From the NCBI RefSeq assembly GCF_001997385.1, contig NZ_CP019633.1:750001-782000 (forward strand): a stretch of 32,000 bases of DNA, read 5' to 3'. The position numbers and the translations under genes were made by a program. Below are positions 1 through 8,419 of this stretch, one piece after another (within the stretch, counting starts at the first letter, position 1; each line of letters begins with the position of its first letter). The DNA comes from Sedimentisphaera cyanobacteriorum (lineage in GTDB: Bacteria; Planctomycetota; Phycisphaerae; Sedimentisphaerales; Sedimentisphaeraceae). The notes below the pieces were generated by a model, which was given only the letters and a program-made list of their open reading frames with translations, did not search any database and was not told where the DNA came from.

Positions 1-543
1 TTCTTTTACAATAGCAAATTGAGGCAGGAACGTCTGGAGATTCAGCTGCATATGGCACTTTGCAGCCGCTTTTCGTCTGCGATGTTTAGCCCAGTCAATA
101 CAGTTGGCTACAAGCTGGATCGTGGTTGAGTCAACCGCATATATTGCTCTCTTAAAACGCCTCGGAAGGCCGGAATACTTATGGCCTCTCCCAAAATCAA
201 GATGTTTGTTCTGGATATGGGACAGCACCTCCCAGAAGAGAGTCTCTGCCATAAGAGGATCTCGAACCCTGTTTGCATGAGAAAGCCCATTCCTGCTTGG
301 AGGGGTTGCACGGCGGATAGGAGTCAAAGCTCCAGAATGATTACGCAATGTGTCGGAAACGTCGTTGAGCGAGAGACTGTGAGCAATCTGGACATGAAGC
401 ATAGATACAATGTGCGACCAGCAAGAAAATGTTCGTGATTGCTTGTCAATACCGAAAGACCGAGACAATTTTGAAACAAGATGTGCAGGAATATGTTGGC
501 ATATTTGCTTAAGAATGCTATATTGATGTTTGGCGGGTGTCAT
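1..543 (-). CDS. IS4-family DDE transposase, N-terminal 181 codons (ORF continues beyond the left window edge)
   Basis: Absent from the ORF track because it is open at the window edge. My translation of the minus strand from the ATG at 543-541 has no stop: MTPAKHQYSILKQICQHIPAHLVSKLSRSFGIDKQSRTFSCWSHIVSMLHVQIAHSLSLNDVSDTLRNHSGAL...RRFKRAIYAVDSTTIQLVANCIDWAKHRRRKAAAKCHMQLNLQTFLPQFAIVKE. The FSCWSH..ML..Q.....L.D block (DUF4372-type N-terminus) followed by AVDSTTI (context of the first catalytic Asp) is the usual IS4-group layout. AGGAG lies 6 nt upstream of the ATG. Confidence 0.8.
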   Translation of the reverse strand, partial: MTPAKHQYSILKQICQHIPAHLVSKLSRSFGIDKQSRTFSCWSHIVSMLHVQIAHSLSLNDVSDTLRNHSGALTPIRRATPPSRNGLSHANRVRDPLMAETLFWEVLSHIQNKHLDFGRGHKYSGLPRRFKRAIYAVDSTTIQLVANCIDWAKHRRRKAAAKCHMQLNLQTFLPQFAIVKE

Positions 544-592
544 GGGTTACTCCTAATTTGTTTAATTAGACTGAAAGAATTAGTGTAACTCA
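1..592 (-). mobile_element. Partial IS element (IS4 family), transposase-proximal end; exact terminus not determinable
   Basis: Inferred from the transposase ORF. The terminal inverted repeat cannot be defined because the other IS end lies outside the window. The boundary should fall between 544 and about 660, upstream of the next gene's RBS at about 664. Confidence 0.4.
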
Positions 593-672
593 TACCCCGC
601 TGATTTTAAAGAAACATCTTGTATTTTGCTCTTCTATGGAATGGCTGTGGAATGATTTATGAAAGGTGAATA

Positions 673-1866
673 ATGATTAGGTATATTTTAGCATTTTCAG
701 CAGCAGTGCTTTTTCTTGCGCCGAAAGCTAAGCCTCAGGACCTTGGTGCGAATTTCAATGAGAATCTGGGCAGGCCTCTGGAATTTACAGAGCAGATTGA
801 AAATGAAAATATCAGATATGTCCGTGCTTTCATAGATTTTATGGACTATTTTCTTATCCTTGATGAAGAAAGGAAGATAAGCGGAGTTGATTTAGATGCA
901 ATCCGAAACCACAACCCTTCTGAGAGGTTTGCTGCGGTAAAGGATAAGTCCGAAGGCAGGCTTGAGCTGATCTCGAGCTTTAAGATTCGCTTTGACATTT
1001 GCAAAGGTGATGTCCCGTTGCTTCATTCAGAGCAGCTGGAGTATGTGTTCACTGCTGCGGAGGAATTCCTCAAATCCTATAATCTTGGAGAAAAAATCAG
1101 CATATTGGTAATGGGTAATGAGCCTATGTTTGCATCGGGCAGGGATTCAAAGGACTATGCTCGCTTTATCAGCGAACTGGCAGACAGAATAGCAGGCTGG
1201 AAAAAGAAATACGGCTGGGATTTTCTCGTTTTTGCCGGCTCGCTCAATAAAGTATCCTTCAGCAAACACCCGACAATCCCTGAAGTGATCAAGGTGGCAA
1301 AGAGGAACAAAAACATAGACGGACTTGATATTCATATACATGCCAGAAAAAGAAAGCATCTGAGGGAAGATTTCAGGTTTATACGAAAAAAAATAGGATT
1401 TAGAAAAAAGCTTATATGCACTGAATTTTCGGTTGTTTGGGTTTTTCAGGGACATTTAGGCGAGCCGCTCGGTGAGTGGGGCGAGAAAAACGGCTTCAAT
1501 CCGGAAATGAAGCTTTGCGAATGGCTTACACTGCTTTCACGCAGGGCGGAAAACGGAAACCCTATATCTGCGGAGCTGTTCGAAGAGTATTTCGAAAGCC
1601 GGAGCTGGTATCCCGCTAACTGGTACAAGACCTTCTATGATGCCTGCAAAGATTATGATGTTTATGCAGCCTCAGGCCGGACATTCTGTGATATGGGGGT
1701 ACGCAAATACAGAGAGGACAGCAAGATGTGGTGCCTGGGATCGGTATTCAGCGGCAAATTTATGGGGAAAAATGAAGACGGCAACCAGAACCCGAGCCCT
1801 CTATTGTACCCGGAATTCAAGGCAGCAACCGAGCATTCCTTAAATGAAAGACTTAAACATAAATAG
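673..1866 (+). CDS. Secreted hypothetical protein, putative clan GH-A (TIM-barrel) glycoside hydrolase
   Basis: 397-aa ORF with an N-terminal signal peptide (MIRYILAFSAAVLFLAPKAKPQ). RBS AAAGGTGA precedes the ATG. VMGNEPMF (NEP acid/base-type motif) lies about 100 aa before LICTEFS (TE nucleophile-type motif), with DIHIH between them. This is the spacing seen in clan GH-A hydrolases. The call rests on motifs only; no family assignment is possible. Confidence 0.45.
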   Translation: MIRYILAFSAAVLFLAPKAKPQDLGANFNENLGRPLEFTEQIENENIRYVRAFIDFMDYFLILDEERKISGVDLDAIRNHNPSERFAAVKDKSEGRLELISSFKIRFDICKGDVPLLHSEQLEYVFTAAEEFLKSYNLGEKISILVMGNEPMFASGRDSKDYARFISELADRIAGWKKKYGWDFLVFAGSLNKVSFSKHPTIPEVIKVAKRNKNIDGLDIHIHARKRKHLREDFRFIRKKIGFRKKLICTEFSVVWVFQGHLGEPLGEWGEKNGFNPEMKLCEWLTLLSRRAENGNPISAELFEEYFESRSWYPANWYKTFYDACKDYDVYAASGRTFCDMGVRKYREDSKMWCLGSVFSGKFMGKNEDGNQNPSPLLYPEFKAATEHSLNERLKHK

Positions 1867-1960
1867 CAGTGTTTCTTTTCGATTAAGCTTTTTTTTATCC
1901 GTTCTGCGGTTTTTAACTGTCAGTTTATTTACTTTTTTGGCGATTTAGCGGTATTAATTC

Positions 1961-1988
1961 TTGTTATTAAGCCGCAGAATGATAAAAT
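1961..1988 (+). promoter_or_regulatory. Putative sigma70-like promoter of the giant-protein gene
   Basis: TTGTTA (1961-1966), 16-nt spacer, TAAAAT (1983-1988), about 50 nt upstream of the ATG at 2039. Pattern match only. Confidence 0.3.
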
Positions 1989-2038
1989 GCTCACCTAATA
2001 GTTTTGATTAAAAATTGTCTCAAAAACGGAGTGAAATT

Positions 2039-5000
2039 ATGAATCGAATCGTTGTTTTGTCGCTCGCTTTGGTTATGACCTTGAATGCTGGAGCTATTGC
2101 TTACAGCGGAGGTAATGGAAGTGCTTCTGCTCCTTATGAAATTTCTACCGCAGAAGAGCTCTTCAATCTCTCGGAAGAGAGTTCGGACTGGTCATCACAT
2201 TTCATTGTTACTTCAGATTTGGATCTTTCAGGTTTTCCTGATATTACGATCGGTAATTCAAGCACGCCTTTTACCGGAAGCTTTAACGGCGGGGCGGTAT
2301 CGGGCGGTATTGCTGTTTTAGACGGTTACATATACCAGAAAGGCCACACCATCAGCAATTTTAACACCACAGGTGAAGGTCTTTTTGGTGTAATTGGCTC
2401 AGGCGGTGAAGTGCAGAACGTTCTTCTGATAGACCCTTTAGTTCAGGCAGGCGACAGTACGGATAATGTTGGTGCCGTATGCGGCGAAAACGACGGCGGA
2501 AGCATTTCAGACTGCTCTGCTGTTAAGTCTGAATTTGCAGACCCTAATACAGTAAACGTTTCCGGTGATGATTCCATCGGCGGGATCTGCGGATATAATT
2601 CCGGCGGCACAATTACAGGCTGCTTCTCTTCTGTTAATGCAGAAGGGGATTCTATGGTAGGCGGCATCGTCGGCGAGCAGAAAAATCTATCCCAGATAAG
2701 CCAGAACGTTTCTTCCGGCAAACTCAATGCAACCAACTCGTTTTCTTCAAAAGCGGGAGGTATTGTCGGAGAAAACAGCAACAGCAATATTCTAAACTGC
2801 TATTCATTTGCACAGATTACAGGCCCGAGATATACGGGCGGCATTGTAGGTTCCAATACTTCAGGTACGATTGCCCAGTGCTATTGGGCAGGCCCATCGA
2901 TTACTTTCAACTTAAACGGAGGCGGCGTTGTTGGAGACAGAAACTCCGGAGCATTTTCAGGCTGCCTGTTTGACAATACCAAAGTTGACGGTCTTACCGG
3001 TGTCGGCTCAGGAGCCAGCGTTGGAATAGAAGGCAAAACGAACGAACAGCTCAGAATGTATGATACATACAATTCAGCAGGATTTGATTTTGAAAACAGC
3101 TGGCTTATCGTTGACGGCAACGACTTTGCCAGACTTGATAATACCGGCTACCAGCCGCCTCAGCTCCCAAATCTCGAGCCAGCTGTTACCAGCGAAACAT
3201 CACTTAGCCTTGGCACAGGAGACAGCTTCCAGATAAGCTTCTCAGAGATAAATGACGGAACAGACTCTGCAGCCGCGCATTCTGTTAAAATTTACTACAA
3301 CACAGTTGACAGCGGCTGGGATTCAATTCTTGATTCTCAGGGCAGTATTCAAGAAGGGACTCCCGGATATATTGATTCCGCAGCAGTGCCTGAGCTCGCA
3401 GTTGACGCTTCACACAGCGGCAGCTTCAGCATCACAGCAACTGATAACGGCAATATGATGTATTTCAGGGTTTACAGCGACGCAGACCAAGAGCTTCTTG
3501 AATTCAGCGAGCTGGACAACTATTCTCAAACTGTTTCTGTTGAAGTGGTGCCGTTGCCTGAGCTCAGCATCACCTCTGTAGCTCCTGAAACACAGATGGT
3601 TGAGCCCGATACGTCTGTGAGTATCGACGTTACTATTGAGAATTCCGGGCCTGCTGTTGCGGGCGATTTCGATCTTTCCCTTTACTACTCCTCTGAACCT
3701 GCAGCCAGCTGGACTGATGCAATAGCAGACTCTTCAGCTGAGCACATCAGCACTCAGGTTATAAGCGGTATCGGCGAGCTTGCCTCTGCCACTGAGACAT
3801 TCAATTTCAATTCAGGAACTCAGTCAGGCCTTGGCTACTATGCGTTTATGGTTGATTCAGGCAAAGTTGTAGGCGAGGCTGACGAGAACAACAACTTCTC
3901 TTCTGCTTCTACAGATTCAGGCGATATCGAAATTACCGTGCTATCCGGCATAGACCTTATCGTACCGAGCGGCTCCTCTGAGCTGCCTGATATCTATGCA
4001 GGCGAGCAGATGCAGATTACTGCCTCTATTGAAAATACCGGCCAGAATCCCGCCGGAGCCTTCCAAGCAGCACTTCAAAGCTCTCAGGACGGTGTGAACT
4101 GGACGAATGCAGATACAGTTTCAGTTTCTTCTCTTGCAGCGGGAGCGAGCATTTCCAAAGACTTTACATATACCGCACCAGATCAGGCCGGAGCTTATCA
4201 GCTCAGGGTATTGGCCGATTCAGGTGATGCTGTTCCTGAAGACAGCGAATCTAACAATACATGGGATACAGGCGGAGTTAATGTTTTAGACACTATAGAC
4301 CTTACCGCTGAATTCACAGGTGATTTAGCTGTAAACGGCGCTGAACCCTCTGAGAATCTTTCAATACCATTTACAGTTACCAACACAGGCAGCGGCGATT
4401 CCGGCAGCTCATTCACTTCAACGCTTTATATGAGCGAAGACCCGCAGGACTGGGGCTCGCCAGCCGCTGTTGCTGATATTTCCAGCAGCGAGCTTGCAGC
4501 AGGCGCAGCCGTGAATGAGCAGTTCGACATAACTCTGCCCGATCAGGCAGGAACTTATTACTACCGCGTGCTTGCTGATTCAGCGGGACAAGTGGCAGAA
4601 GTCCCTGCTCCTGCAAACGAACAGAACAACTGGACAGTCGAATATGTTACAGTAGATATCCCGCCGGTTGTTGACTTAACACTTTCCAACGTTCCTGCCG
4701 GTCTCGGTCAGGTTTATTCTGGCGAATCGGCTGATTTCAGCGTAACAGTTTCTAACGAAAGAACCGGTGAAGCATCTGCATTTGATGTTAAAGTTTCCCT
4801 GAAAAAGGCGGATACAAACTGGTTTGAGGTTGCTTCAGAGGGTGTTATAGCTTTGGCGGGCAATTCCTCAGAGCAGGTAAACTTTACCTTTTCGCCGGAT
4901 ACTGCCGGAACGTATCAGGTGAAAGTGGCGGTTAATCCCGATCAGGCTGTTGAAGAAGTGGACTACTCAAACAACGAACAGCTTGCAGGTGAGCTTGAGG

Positions 5001-8000
5001 TTCTCGAAAAAATAGACCTGCTCTCCTCCTTCGCTGATTACCTCACAAGCCCGATAAGCAGTCCTGCTGGAATGCAGGTTAATGTTCCGGGCGTAATAAC
5101 AAATATTGGCACTGACACCGCTCTTCCCGAGTCTGGGAAGATCGTTACATCCCTTCTGCTGTCTGATGTTTCAGGCAGCTGGGAATCTTCGCAGCAGGCA
5201 GCGAGCTTTGAGAAGAGCTTCGTGCTTGCAGGGGAGCCGGCAAACGGGAATTTCCAGTTTACTGCCCCTGCCGCTCCGGGTGAATATTTCCTGAAAACTC
5301 AGGCTGATACAAGCGAAGCAGTGGATGAGTTCGACGAAACGAATAACCTCTCAGATGAGGTTATAACTCTAAACGTTCTTACAAATATTGATCTGGCCGT
5401 AACAGACTACCCCGCAGGCGGGACGTCTGCCTTTATGAACGGGGATGTGAATGTAAGCTCTGTTATCACGAATCAAGGCGTTAATACTGCCGGTGAGTTT
5501 GATGTTGAGATTTATAAATCCTCAAGCCAAGTTGACAACTGGGAATCTCTCAGTCCGGCCGATTCTCTCACCGTTGCCACTCTGCCTGCCTCTGGCAGCA
5601 CTAATGCAGACTTCAGTTTCCCTGTAACTGAAACCGAAGCACAAACTGTTTATCTGCGAATCAAGGCAGACAGCGGCTCGGCAATTGAAGAAACAGGCGA
5701 AGTGAACAACTGGTCTGATGTGTTCGAGCTTGAAATCAAGCCTGATGTTGATCTTAATGCAGCTTCTTCAGTTGAATCAGCGGAAGTTGCAAGCGGCGAA
5801 GCCGTAGAATTTGATATTACTGCTTCAAACAGCGGCAGTTCAGATTCTGGTGCTTTTGAAGCCGCAGTATATATCTCAGAGCAGGATGCTGGCTGGGAAA
5901 CACTGGAGGCCTCTGAGATCGTTTACAGCGATGAGATTGCCGGCGTTTCTTCAGGAACCAGCGAGATTATGCAGGTTAGCTTTTCATCTCCTGCATCTGC
6001 CGGTACATACTACCTCAAGGCTAAAGCGGATAATGCAGAAGCTATAGACGAAACAGACGAAGCCAACAACTGGAGCGAAACAGTAACGCTTACTGTACCG
6101 GAAGATATAGATCTTACTGCAGCAATAGACGAGGGAATGATATCCGCCTACGAGGGCAATGAACAGACTCTCGGCTTCTCGGCAGACTGCCAGGGCAATG
6201 CTCCTGCTGAAAACTTTACAGTATCGCTTTATTACAGCGAAACAGACGGAGACTGGGAGAATGCAGAGATGCTTGATGAGGAAGTTATCAGCTCTCTGGC
6301 ACAGGGCAGCAGCTATAACGGCGAATTCACATTCGACCCGCCTCAGGTAAACAGCACTTATTACCTCAAGGCAATGGTTGATTCCGCTGATGTTGTTGCT
6401 GAGTCTGACGAAACAAACAACTGGTCTGCTTCTGAGCAGATTGAAGTTCTCTTTGAATATTCAGGCGGATACGGTACTGAGTATGCACCTTACCTCATCG
6501 AAACACCGCAGGACTTTGCAGACCTTGCAGAATCTGTTCTACAGCTTGATGCCTACTACGTATTGCTCAATGATATCGATATGACAGGATTTACCGTTGG
6601 CTCTGTCGGCTCTGCTTCAATGCCTTTCGCAGGTGAGCTGAACGGTAATTTCAAGGTCATCAGCAATCTTAATGTAGTAGAGGACGGCAAGGCTGCACCT
6701 TTCGCAGCTGTTACTGGAAGCATTAATAATATGGGTATCGAGAATTCTTCGGTAACATCTAACACAGATTCAGCTGCCGGGTTTGCTGTGGAACTCAGCG
6801 ATGCGGTAATCAGAGATGTATTCACTGTATCAGATGTTGAAGGAACAAAGGTCTTTGGCTTTGCTGAAAACGCATCCGGAGCAGTCTTACAGCGCTGTGT
6901 AAGCTTCGGCAGCCTGCTTTACTCTGAAGAGGCAGCGGGCTTTGTTGGAGCTGTATCGGACGGAGCAGCAGCATCGCTTATTGAAAACTGCTATACCAGC
7001 AGCTTAGCTGATGACGGCTCAGCAGGCACTTTCTACGGCTTCTATACTTCTCTTGCCGGCTCATCAGAGGTAAACGGCTGTTTCTGGAACAACGAGCTTG
7101 GCGGGCAGGACAGTCCGGGAGCGACAGGCCTTTCAGATGCGGAAATGAAGAATGAAGCCAACTTCACAGCAGCCGGCTGGGACTACATCGATGAAACAGA
7201 AAACGGCGAAGAAGACTACTGGTACACGGCCGAAAGCGGATATCCGGAATTCACATGGACAATCTTCAGCGGCGGTGCCGGAACTCAGGCCAATCCTTTT
7301 GTGATTTCATCTGCTGAGGATATGGAAAAACTTGCCTCAGACAGCGAATTCTGGAAATACAGCTTCGCCCTTGGAAATCATATTGATCTTGCCGGTTCAG
7401 AACTTGCACCTATCGGAAATGAAACCATACCATTCACGGGAACCTTCTCCGGCGACGGATATGCGATTTCCGGATTCAGCTGCGATACCCTTGAGGAAGG
7501 GCTCTGCGGACTGTTCGGAATAAATGCAGGAACTCTAAAATGGATAGCTCTCGAAGATGTGAATATAAATATCACTTCAGAGGAGAGTAATTCAGCAGCC
7601 CTTGCAGCAGTTAATGAAGGCCTTATAACTCAGTGTGAGGTAATGGGCTCTCTAATGATAGGCGGGGCTTATAATAATGCAGGTGCGATTGCAGCCCTAA
7701 ACGCAGCAGAGGGTACTGTTATAAGCAGCTTTGCAGACTGTCAGATTACAGCACAAGGCGATCTCGACGCTGTTTCACAGGTGGCAGGGCTCAATCTCGG
7801 CGGTATCCAATACTGCTATGCTGAAGGAGCATTAACAGCAGACGGAGTCGCAGTGTTTGCAGGCTTCCTTGCAGGTATAAACGAAGGCAGCATATCTGAT
7901 AGTTATACAGCACAGACAGTCTCGGATATTTCAGGAGATAATATTCTCGGTGCTCTTGTCGGTGCGAATATCAATGATGCACTTGATGCTCTGGCAGGGT

Positions 8001-8320
8001 GCATATACAGCAGCGACACCGCTTCTTACGGTGTTGGTGCCGGAAATTCGGCCGGAAGTGCTGGATACGCCCACAGTCAGATGACAGGCAGCGGAATATA
8101 TCAGTCTGCCGGCTGGGATACATCTAAATGGTTCTTCAGCTCAGACAGCTATCCGGAACTGCTGTGGCAGGTTCAGCAGTATTCAGACTTCCTCTTGATT
8201 GCTGATAACTGGCTCGCAGAAGGCGAAGCAGTCCCGGGAGACTTTAACAGCGACGGTAAAGTTAATTATCAGGACTTTGCTTATTTTGCTTCTACCGTGC
8301 CTGCCGGAAATGTTGACTGA
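2039..8320 (+). CDS. Giant secreted surface protein (~2093 aa): signal peptide, GLUG-type beta-helix module, 9 CARDB-like repeats, two further GLUG-type modules, C-terminal dockerin-like Ca-binding segment
   Basis: Continuous ORF 2015-8320. I prefer the ATG at 2039 (GGAG at 2029-2032; MNRIVVLSLALVMTLNAGAIA is a signal peptide) over the track's TTG at 2015. Three modules open with SGG.G...PY.I......L and ..D[IL]D[LM][ST]G...[IV]G....PF.G.[FL][NS]G. Repeated GG[IV][VC]G.N.GG.I..C turns follow (VGAVCGENDGGSISDC, IGGICGYNSGGTITGC, AGGIVGENSNSNILNCY, TGGIVGSNTSGTIAQCYW), which are GLUG-motif-like. The central repeats each end in E..E.NNW, the CARDB hallmark. Confidence 0.9.
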   Translation: MNRIVVLSLALVMTLNAGAIAYSGGNGSASAPYEISTAEELFNLSEESSDWSSHFIVTSDLDLSGFPDITIGNSSTPFTGSFNGGAVSGGIAVLDGYIYQKGHTISNFNTTGEGLFGVIGSGGEVQNVLLIDPLVQAGDSTDNVGAVCGENDGGSISDCSAVKSEFADPNTVNVSGDDSIGGICGYNSGGTITGCFSSVNAEGDSMVGGIVGEQKNLSQISQNVSSGKLNATNSFSSKAGGIVGENSNSNILNCYSFAQITGPRYTGGIVGSNTSGTIAQCYWAGPSITFNLNGGGVVGDRNSGAFSGCLFDNTKVDGLTGVGSGASVGIEGKTNEQLRMYDTYNSAGFDFENSWLIVDGNDFARLDNTGYQPPQLPNLEPAVTSETSLSLGTGDSFQISFSEINDGTDSAAAHSVKIYYNTVDSGWDSILDSQGSIQEGTPGYIDSAAVPELAVDASHSGSFSITATDNGNMMYFRVYSDADQELLEFSELDNYSQTVSVEVVPLPELSITSVAPETQMVEPDTSVSIDVTIENSGPAVAGDFDLSLYYSSEPAASWTDAIADSSAEHISTQVISGIGELASATETFNFNSGTQSGLGYYAFMVDSGKVVGEADENNNFSSASTDSGDIEITVLSGIDLIVPSGSSELPDIYAGEQMQITASIENTGQNPAGAFQAALQSSQDGVNWTNADTVSVSSLAAGASISKDFTYTAPDQAGAYQLRVLADSGDAVPEDSESNNTWDTGGVNVLDTIDLTAEFTGDLAVNGAEPSENLSIPFTVTNTGSGDSGSSFTSTLYMSEDPQDWGSPAAVADISSSELAAGAAVNEQFDITLPDQAGTYYYRVLADSAGQVAEVPAPANEQNNWTVEYVTVDIPPVVDLTLSNVPAGLGQVYSGESADFSVTVSNERTGEASAFDVKVSLKKADTNWFEVASEGVIALAGNSSEQVNFTFSPDTAGTYQVKVAVNPDQAVEEVDYSNNEQLAGELEVLEKIDLLSSFADYLTSPISSPAGMQVNVPGVITNIGTDTALPESGKIVTSLLLSDVSGSWESSQQAASFEKSFVLAGEPANGNFQFTAPAAPGEYFLKTQADTSEAVDEFDETNNLSDEVITLNVLTNIDLAVTDYPAGGTSAFMNGDVNVSSVITNQGVNTAGEFDVEIYKSSSQVDNWESLSPADSLTVATLPASGSTNADFSFPVTETEAQTVYLRIKADSGSAIEETGEVNNWSDVFELEIKPDVDLNAASSVESAEVASGEAVEFDITASNSGSSDSGAFEAAVYISEQDAGWETLEASEIVYSDEIAGVSSGTSEIMQVSFSSPASAGTYYLKAKADNAEAIDETDEANNWSETVTLTVPEDIDLTAAIDEGMISAYEGNEQTLGFSADCQGNAPAENFTVSLYYSETDGDWENAEMLDEEVISSLAQGSSYNGEFTFDPPQVNSTYYLKAMVDSADVVAESDETNNWSASEQIEVLFEYSGGYGTEYAPYLIETPQDFADLAESVLQLDAYYVLLNDIDMTGFTVGSVGSASMPFAGELNGNFKVISNLNVVEDGKAAPFAAVTGSINNMGIENSSVTSNTDSAAGFAVELSDAVIRDVFTVSDVEGTKVFGFAENASGAVLQRCVSFGSLLYSEEAAGFVGAVSDGAAASLIENCYTSSLADDGSAGTFYGFYTSLAGSSEVNGCFWNNELGGQDSPGATGLSDAEMKNEANFTAAGWDYIDETENGEEDYWYTAESGYPEFTWTIFSGGAGTQANPFVISSAEDMEKLASDSEFWKYSFALGNHIDLAGSELAPIGNETIPFTGTFSGDGYAISGFSCDTLEEGLCGLFGINAGTLKWIALEDVNINITSEESNSAALAAVNEGLITQCEVMGSLMIGGAYNNAGAIAALNAAEGTVISSFADCQITAQGDLDAVSQVAGLNLGGIQYCYAEGALTADGVAVFAGFLAGINEGSISDSYTAQTVSDISGDNILGALVGANINDALDALAGCIYSSDTASYGVGAGNSAGSAGYAHSQMTGSGIYQSAGWDTSKWFFSSDSYPELLWQVQQYSDFLLIADNWLAEGEAVPGDFNSDGKVNYQDFAYFASTVPAGNVD
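3176..6454 (+). repeat. Nine tandem CARDB-like protein repeats (114-131 aa each) inside the giant ORF
   Basis: Unit starts, all in frame, at about 3176, 3554, 3947, 4292, 4667, 5009, 5384, 5744 and 6104. Recurrent pattern: [IV]DL....., G......[IV].N.G...AG.F....Y, ....W......, [LA].AG.S....F.[FT]..P..AG.Y.L[RK]..ADS.....E.DE.NNW. The repeats are divergent at DNA level, so this is a protein-level repeat rather than a recent DNA duplication. Unit 1 is the most degenerate. Confidence 0.75.
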
Positions 8321-8342
8321 AATCAATAAATAAATAATATAA

Positions 8343-8378
8343 AGGCGGGCCGGCAAATTCGCAGGCTCGCCTTTTTTA
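8343..8378 (+). terminator. Rho-independent terminator after the giant-protein gene
   Basis: AGGCGGGCC (8343-8351) pairs with GGCTCGCCT (8364-8372), with one mismatch and a 12-nt loop. A TTTTTT run follows directly, 22 nt after the stop codon. Confidence 0.75.
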
Positions 8379-8419
8379 TTGCTTTGGTGTACTGGTTTGA
8401 AATTCATTAGGAAAATAAT

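Noticed and set aside
108-438. Track ORFs 108-311 (-) and 181-438 (+)
   Set aside because: Both are shadow frames of the longer edge-truncated minus-strand transposase ORF (543 to 1). That ORF has recognisable IS4-family sequence features. These two have none.
2015-2038. TTG start at 2015 for the giant protein (MSQKRSEI extension)
   Set aside because: The ATG at 2039 is preceded by GGAG at the right distance and begins a textbook signal peptide. The 8 extra residues add nothing.
3176-6454. Repeat array considered as a CRISPR array, DNA tandem repeat or DGR variable region
   Set aside because: The periodicity (342-393 nt) exists only at protein level and lies within one continuous ORF. The units are too divergent at DNA level for a CRISPR or satellite array. 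The window holds no reverse transcriptase or template repeat for a DGR.
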